This document shows positions 56,300-64,000 of a stretch of DNA of 64,000 nt, piece after piece. A program made the position numbers and the translations under genes. Positions within the stretch are counted from its first letter, which is position 1, and each line of letters begins with the position of its first letter. Below the pieces are notes generated by a model. That model was given only the letters and a program-made list of their open reading frames with translations. It ran no database searches and had not been told where the DNA came from. The stretch comes from the human T2T-CHM13v2.0 reference genome, Homo sapiens: the NCBI RefSeq assembly GCF_009914755.1, contig NC_060933.1. The stretch is one strand, 5' to 3'.

Positions 56300-59200
56300 C
56301 ACGAGTGGAATGGCATGGAATGGAATGGAATGGAATGGAATGGAATGGAATCAACCCGACTGCAGGGGAATGGAATGGAATGGAATGCAATGGAATGGAT
56401 TCAACTTGAATGGAATGGAAAGAATGGAATCAACACGAGTGGAATGGCATGGATTGGAATGGAATGGAATGGAATCAACCCGAGTACAGGGGAATGGAAT
56501 GGAATGGAATGCAATGGAATGGAATCATCCGTAATGGAATGGAAAGGAATGGAATGGAATGGAATGGAATGGAATGGAATGGAATGGAATCAACTCGATT
56601 GCAATCGAATGGAATGGAATGGAATTAACCCGAATAGAATGGAATGGAATGGAATGGAACGGAACGGAACGGAATGGAATGGATTGGAATGGAATGGAAT
56701 GGAATGGAATGGAACGGAAAGGAATGCAATGGAATGGAATGGAATGGAATGGAATGGAATGGAATGGAATAAACCCGAGTGCAATGGAATGGAGTGGAAT
56801 GGAATGGAATGGAATGGAACAACCCGAATGGAATGGAATGTAATGGAGAGTAAGGGAGTTGAATAGAATCAATCCGAATGTAACGGAATGGAATGGAACG
56901 GAATGGAATTGAATGGAATGGAATGGAATGCAATGGAATGGAATCAACCCGAGTGCAATGGAATGGAGAGGAATGGAATGGAATGGAATGGAAACTACCC
57001 GAATGGAATGGAATGTAATGGATTGTAAGGGAATTAAATAGAATCAATCCGAATGTAATGCAATGGAATGGAACGGAATGGAATGGAATGGAATGGAATG
57101 GAATGGAATGGAATGGAATGCAATGGAATGGAATCAACCCGAGTGCAATCGAATGGAATCGAATGGAATGGAATGCAATGGAATGGATTCAACTTGAATG
57201 GAATGGAAAGAATGGAATCAACACGAGTGGAATGGCATGGATTGGAATGGAATGCAATGGAATCAACCCGAGTACAGGGGAATGGAATGGAATGGAATGC
57301 AATGGAATGGGAACATCCGGAAGGGAATGGAAAGGAATGGAATGGAATGGAATGGAATGGAATGGAATGGAATGGAATGGAATCAACTTGATTGCAATCG
57401 AATGGAATGGAATGGAATTAACCCGAATAGAATGGAATGGAATGGAATGGAACGGAACGGAATGGAATGGAATGGAATGGAATGGAATGGAACGGAACGG
57501 AACGGAATGGATGGAATGGAATGGAATGGAATGGAATGGAATCAACGCGAGTGCAGGGGAATGGAATGGAATGGAATGCAATGGAATGGAATCTTCCGGA
57601 ATGGAATGGAATGGAATGAAATGCAATGGATTCAACTCGAATGCAATGGAATGGAACAGAATGGAATGGAATGGAATGGAATGGAATGGAATTAACCCGA
57701 ATAGAATGGAATGGAATGGAATGGAACAGAATGGAACGGAATGGAACGGAATGGAATGGAATGGAATGGTATGGAATGGAATCGAATGGTACGGAATAGA
57801 ATGGAATGGAACGAATTGTAATGGAATGGAATTGAATGGAATGGAATGGAATGGAATGGAATCAACGCGAGTGCAGGGGAATGTAATGGAACGGAATGCA
57901 ATGGAATGGAATCATCCGGAATGGAATGGAATGGAATGGAATGGAATGGAATGGAATGGAATCAACCCGATGCAATGGAATGGAGAGGAATGGAATGGAA
58001 TGGAATGGAAACTACCCGAATGGAATGGAATGTAATGGAGAGTAAGGGAGTTGAAAAGAATCAATCCGAATGTAATGGAATGGAATGGAACGGAATGGAA
58101 TGGAATGGAATGGAATGGAATGCAATGCAATGGAATGGAATCAACCCGAGTACAATGGAATGGAATGGAATGGAATGGAATGGAATGGAATGGAATGGAA
58201 TGGAATGGAATGCAATGGAATGGAATCTTCCGGAATGCAATGGAATGGAATGGAATGGAATGGAATGGAATGCAATGGATTCAACTCGATTGCAATGGAA
58301 TGGAATAGAATGGAATGGAATGGAATGGAATGGAATGGAATTAAACCGAATAGAATGGAGTGGAATGGAATGGAACGGAACAGAACGGAACGGAACGGAA
58401 CGGAGTGGAATGGAATGGAATGGAATTGTATGGAATGGAATGGAATGGTACGGAATAGAACGGAATGGAAAGAATTGGAATGGAATGGAATCGAATGGAA
58501 TGGAATGGAATGGAATGGAATCAACCCGAGTGCAGGGGAATGTAATGGAACGGAATGCAATGGAATGGAATCATCCGGAATGGAATGGAATGGAATGGAA
58601 TGGAATGCAATGGAATGGAATCAACCCGAGTGCAATGGAATGGAGAGGAATGGAATGGAATGGAATGGAAACTACCCGAATGGAATGGAATGTAATGGAG
58701 TGTAAGGGAATTGAATAGAATCAATCCGAATGTAATGGAATGGAATGGAACGGAATGGAATGAAATGGAATGGAATGGAATGGAATGGAATGGAATGCAA
58801 TGGAATGGAATCAACCCGAGTGCAATCGAATGGAATCGAATGGAATAGAATGCAATGGAATGGATTCAACTTGAATGGAATGGAAAGAATGGAATCAACA
58901 CGAGTGGAATAGCATGGATTGGAATGGAATGGAATGGAATCAACCCGAGTACAGGGGAATGGAATGGAATGGAATGCAATGGAATGGAATCATCCGTAAA
59001 GGAATGGAAAGGAATGGAATGGAATGGAATGGAATGGAATGGAATGGAATGGAATGGAATCAACTCGATTGCAATCGAATGGAATGGAATGGAATTAACC
59101 CGAATAGAATGGAATGGAATGGAATGGAACGGAACGGAATGGAATGGAATGGAATGGAATGGAATGGAACGGAACGGAACGGAATGGAATGGAATGGAAT

Positions 59201-62200
59201 GGAATGGAATGGAATGGTATCAACGCGAGTGCAGGGGAATGGAATGGAATGGAATGCAATGGAATGGAATCTTCCGCAATGGAATGGAATAGAATGGAAT
59301 GGAATGAAATGCAATGGATTCAACTCGATTGCAATGGAATGGAATAGAATGGAATGGAATGGAATGGAATGGAATTAATCCGAATAGAATGGAATGGAAT
59401 GGAATGGAACGGAATGGAACGGAATGGAATGGAATGGAATGGAATGCAATGGTATGGAATGGAATGGAATGGTACGGAATAGAATGGAATGGAACGAATT
59501 GTAATGGAATGGAATTGAATGGAATGGAATGGAATGGAATGGAATGAACGTGAGTGCAGGGGAATGTAATGGAACGGAATGCAATGGAATGGAATCATCC
59601 GGAATGGAATGGAATGGAATGGAATGGAATGGAATGGAATCACCCCGAGTGCAATGGAATGGAGTGGAATGGAATGGAATGGAATGGAACAACACGAATG
59701 GAGTGGAATGTAATGGAGAGTAAGGGAGTTGAATAGAATCAATCCGAATGTAATGGAATGGAATGCAACGGAATGGAATGGAATGGAATGGAATGGAATG
59801 CAATGGAATTGAATCAACCCGAGTACAATGGAATGGAATGGAATGGAATGGAATGGAATGGAATGGAATGGAATGGAATGGAATGGAATGATACGGAATA
59901 GAATGGAATGGAACGAAATGGAATGGAATGGAATGGAATGGAATGGAATGGAATGGAATGAAATCATTCCGAGTGGAATAGGAGGGAATGTATTCGAGTG
60001 GAATGGAAAGGAATGGTATCAACCAGAGTGGAATGGAGGGGAATGGAATGGAATGGAAACTAATAGAATGGAATCAACCCGAGTGGAATGGAATGGAAAG
60101 GACTGGAATGGAATGGAATGGAATGGAATCAACTCGATTGTAATGGAATGGAATGGAATGGAATGGAACGGAATGGAATGGAATGGAATGGAATTAACCC
60201 GAATACAATGGAATGGAATGGAATGGAACAGAATGGAGTGGAATGGAATGGAATCAACCGGAGTGCAGGGGAATGGAATGGAATGGAATGCAATGGAATG
60301 GAATCACCCGGAATGGAATGGAATGGAATGGAATGCAAAGCAATGGAATCAACTCGATTGCAATGGAATGGAATGGAATGGAAAGGAATACATTGGAATC
60401 AACGCGAGTGGAATGGAATGGAAAGGACTGGAATGGAGTGGAATGGAATGGAATGGAATGGAATGGAATCAACTCGATTGGAATGGAATGGAATGGAATG
60501 GAATGGAATTAACCCGAATAGAATGGAATGGAATGGAATGGAACGGAACGGAATGGAATGGAATGGAATGGAATGGAATGGAATGGAATGGAAACAACCC
60601 GACTGCAGGGGAATGGAATGGAATGGAATGCAATGGAATGGATTCAACTTGAATGGAATGGAAAGAATGGAATCAACACGAGTGGAATGGCATGGATTGG
60701 AATGGAATGGAATGGAATCAACCCGAGTACAGGGGAATAGAATGGAATGGAATTCAATGGAATGGAATCATCCGTAATGGAATGGAAAGGAATGGAATGG
60801 AATGGAATAGAATGAAATGGAATCAACTCGATTGCAATCGAAAGGAATGGAATGGAATTAACCCGAATAGAATGGAATGGAATGGAATGGAACGGAACGG
60901 AACGGAATGGAATGGATTGGAATGGAATGGAATGGAATGGAATGGAATGGAACGGAATGGAATGCAATGGAATGGAATGGAATCAACGCGAGTGCAGGGG
61001 AATGGAATGGAATGGAATGCAATGGAATGGAATCTTCCGGAATGGAATGGAATGGAATGGAATGGAATGGAATGGAATAAACCCGAGTGCAATGGAATGG
61101 AGTGGAATGGAATGGAATGGAATGGAACAACCCGAATGGAATGGAATGTAATGGAGAGTAAGGGAGTTGAATAGAGTCAATCCGAATGTAATGGAATGGA
61201 ATGGAACGGAATGGAATTGAATGGAATGGAATGGAATGCAATGGAATGGAATCAACCCGAGTGCAATGGAATGGAGAGGAATGGAATGGAATGGAATGGA
61301 AACTACCCGAATGGAATGGAATGTAATGGAGTGTAAGGGAATTGAATAGAATCAATCCGAATGTAATGGAATGGAATGGAACGGAATGGAATGGAATGGA
61401 ATGGAATGGAATGCAATGGCATGGAATCAACCCGAGTGCAATCGAATGGAATCGAATGGAATGGAATGCAATGGAACGGATTCAACTTGAATGGAATGGA
61501 AAGAATGGAATCAACACGAGTGGAAGGGCATGGATTGGAATGCAATGGAATGGAATCAACTCGAGTACAGGGGAATGGAATGGAATGGAATGCAATGGAA
61601 TGGAATCATCCGTAATGGAATGGAAAGGAATGGAATGGAATGGAATGGAATGGAAGGGAATGGAATCAACACGGTTGCAATCGAATGGAATGGAATGGAA
61701 TTAACCCGAATAGAATGGAATGGAATGGAATGGAACGGAACGGAATGGAATGGAATGGAATGGAATGGAATGGAACGGAACGGAATGGAATGGAATGGAA
61801 TGGAATGGAATGGAATCAACGCGAGTGCAGGGGAATGGAATGGAATGGAATGCAATGGAATGGAATGGAATGCAATGGAATGGAATCTTCCGTAATGGAA
61901 TGGAATGGAATGGAATGAAATGCAATGGATTCAACTCGACTGCAATGGAATGGAATAGAATGGAATGGAATGGAATGGAATGGAATTACCCCAAATAGAA
62001 TGGAATGGAATGGAACGGAATGGAATGGAACGGAATGGAACGGAATGGAATGGAGTGGAATGGTATGGAATGGAATGGAATGGTACGGAATAGAATGGAA
62101 TGGAACGAATTGTAATGGAATGGAATTGAATAGAATGGAATGGAATGGAATGGAATCAACGCGAGTGCAGGGGAATGTAATGGAACGGAATGCAATGGAA

Positions 62201-64000
62201 TGGAATCATCCGGAATAGAATGGAATGAAATGGAATGGAATGGAATGGAATCAACCCGAGTGCAATGGAATGGAGTGGAATGGAATGGAATGGAATGGAA
62301 CAATCCGAATGGAATGGAATGTAATGGAGAGTAAGGGAGTTGAATAGAATCAATCAGAATGTAATGGAATGGAATGCAACGGAATGGAATGGAATGGAAT
62401 GGAATGCAATGGAATGGAATCAACCCGAGTACAATGGAATGGAATGGAATGGAATGGAATGGAATGGAATGGAATGCCTTCAAACCGAATGGAATGGAAA
62501 GGAATGGAATCAACACGAGTGGAATGGAATGGAATGGAATGGAATGGAATGGAATGGAATGGAATGATACGGAATAGGATGGAATGGAACGAAATGGAAT
62601 GGAATGGAATGGAATGGAATGGAATGGAATGGAATGGAATGGAATGGAATCGTTCCGAGTGGAATAGGAGGGAATGTATTCGGGTGGAATGGAAAGGAAT
62701 GGAATCAACCAGAGTGGAATGGAAGGGAATGGAATGGAATGGAAACTAATAGAATGGAATCAACCCTAGTGGAATGGAATGGAAAGGACTGGAATGGAAA
62801 GGAATGGAATGGAATGGAATGGAATGGAATGGAATGGAATGGAATCAACGCGAGTGCAGGAGAATGGAATGGTATGGAATGGAATGGAATGGAATGGAAT
62901 GTAATGGAATCAAACCGAGTGCAGGGGAATGTAATGGAACGGAATGCAATGGAAAGGAATCATCCGGAATGGAATGGAATGGAATGGAATGGAATCAACC
63001 CGAGTGCAATGGAATGGAGTGGAATGGAATGGAATGGAATGGAACAACCCGAATGGAATGGAATGTAATGGAGAGTAAGGGAGTTGAAAAGCATCAATCC
63101 GAATGTAATGGAATGGAATGGAACGGAATGGAATTGAATGGAATGGAATGGAATGCAATGGAATGGGATCAACCCGGGTACAATGTAATGGAATGGAATG
63201 GAATGGAATGGAACGGAATGGAATGGAATGGAATGCAATGGAATGGAATCTTCCGGAATGGAAAGGAATGGAATGGAATGGAATGGAATGGAATGCAATG
63301 GATTCAACTCGATTGCAATGGAATAGAATAGAATGGAATGGAATGGAATCGAATGGAATGGAATGGAATGGAATCAACCTGAGTGCAAAGGAATGGAGAG
63401 GAACGGAATGGAATGGAATGGAAACTACCCGAATGGAATGGAATGTAATGGAGTGTAAGGGAATTGAATAGAATCAATCCGAATGTAATGGAATGGAATG
63501 GAACGGAATGGAATGGAATGGAATCAACCCGAGTGCAATTGAATGGAGTGGAATGGAATAGAATGGAATGGAACAACCCGAATGGAATGGAGTGGAATGG
63601 AGACTAAGGGAGTTGAATAGAATCAATCCGAATGTAATGGAATGGAATGCAACGGAATGGAATGAAATGGAATGGAATGGAATGCAATGGAATGGAATGG
63701 AATCAACACGAGTGCAGGGGAATGGAATGGAATGGAATGCAATGGAATGGAATCTTCCGGAATGGAATGGAATGGAATGGAATGGAATGAAATGCAATGG
63801 ATTCAACTCGATTGCAATGGAATGGAATAGAATGGAATGGAATGGAATGGAATGGAATGGAATTAACCCGAATAGAATGGAATGGAATGGAATGGAACGG
63901 AATGGAACTGAATGGAATGGAATGGAATGGAATGGAATGGAATGGTATGAAATGGAATAGAATGGTACGGAATAGAATGGAATGGAACGAATTGTAATGG
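56300..64000 (-). repeat. Domain B sequence in inverted orientation (B')
   Basis: Reverse complements of B landmarks are present (GGAATAGGAGGGAATGTATTCG at ~59975 and ~62661; TGCCTTCAAACCG at ~62475). About 59.2-62.8 kb is collinear with the reverse complement of ~20.1-23.65 kb. Confidence 0.8.
57589..63762. promoter_or_regulatory. Dispersed perfect heat shock elements GAAtcTTCcgGAA, right arm
   Basis: Starts at 57589, 58223, 61030, 63246, 63750. Broken copies lie at ~59267 (cgCAA) and ~61883 (cgTAA). Confidence 0.6.

Larger units (their letters stand above)
37700..56300. repeat. Domain C HSat3 sub-array straddling the inversion
   Basis: C-type motifs occur on both sides of the junction in opposite orientation, e.g. 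CTCTTCCGTAGTATT at 38751 and its reverse complement at ~47096-47110, and GATTGATTGTATTC at ~37959 vs GAATACAATCAATC at ~39143. Landmark TCAAACCTAGTG at 39216, 42194, 44079, 45808, 55671. Confidence 0.7.
1..64000. promoter_or_regulatory. Dense array of TEAD/MCAT core motifs (CATTCC/GGAATG) intrinsic to the pentamer
   Basis: Any two adjacent canonical pentamers contain CATTCC, the established TEAD MCAT core. Occupancy cannot be judged from sequence. Confidence 0.45.
39080..64000 (-). repeat. HSat3 array in opposite orientation, G-rich (GGAAT)n strand on +
   Basis: Continuous GGAAT pentamers with CAACCCGAGT, CAACTCGATT and TAACCCGAAT decamers, the reverse complements of the left-arm motifs. Confidence 0.97.

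Noticed and set aside
1-64000. Hundreds of ORFs, the longest 32483..33754 (423 aa)
   Set aside because: The pentamer has no stop codon in any frame on either strand. The products are poly-IPFHS or poly-MEWNG, overlap in all frames, and many begin at TTG. They are not genes.
1-64000. Repeat-spacer appearance resembling a CRISPR array
   Set aside because: The 'spacers' are recurrent 10-bp satellite variants and the pentamer runs vary in length. There are no unique spacers, leader or cas genes.
1-64000. HSat2, alpha satellite, telomeric repeat, or Alu/L1 insertions
   Set aside because: No 171-bp monomers, TTAGGG, poly-A tails or non-pentamer sequence were seen. Long pure CATTC runs with CAACCCGAGT decamers fit HSat3, not the ~23-26 bp CATTCGATTC-rich HSat2 unit.
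39084-64000. G-quadruplex potential of the G-rich strand
   Set aside because: It has mostly GG dinucleotides with isolated GGG or GGGG runs, and I saw no clustered four-G3-tract motifs.

Overview
The whole 64 kb window is human/hominid-type classical Satellite III (HSat3): a degenerate (CATTC)n/(GGAAT)n pentamer array punctuated every ~30-80 bp by 10-bp variants of the Sat III decamer ACTCGGGTTG (reverse complement CAACCCGAGT). I see no genes, RNA genes, transposons or unique sequence, and every listed ORF (poly-IPFHS or poly-MEWNG) is a reading of the satellite. The main structural event is a sharp strand inversion at ~39,080-39,083, with the C-rich strand on + to the left and the G-rich strand on + to the right. 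The junction has a possible ACGG microhomology and a perfect 17-bp stem around an 8-nt loop. Rare variant motifs resolve nested higher-order structure: a ~6.05 kb 'A' unit and its truncated copies, a 'B' domain with a ~4.1 kb duplication, a 'C' domain straddling the inversion, a young ~1.4 kb tandem duplication, and multi-kb inverted homologies between the two arms. One recurrent variant, TTCcgGAAgaTTC, is a perfect three-unit heat shock element. I counted 23 copies by eye, in domains A and B but none across ~33.8-57.6 kb around the inversion. A chr9q12-like HSat3 origin is plausible but cannot be shown from the sequence alone. All coordinates and counts were read by eye, and domain edges are approximate.
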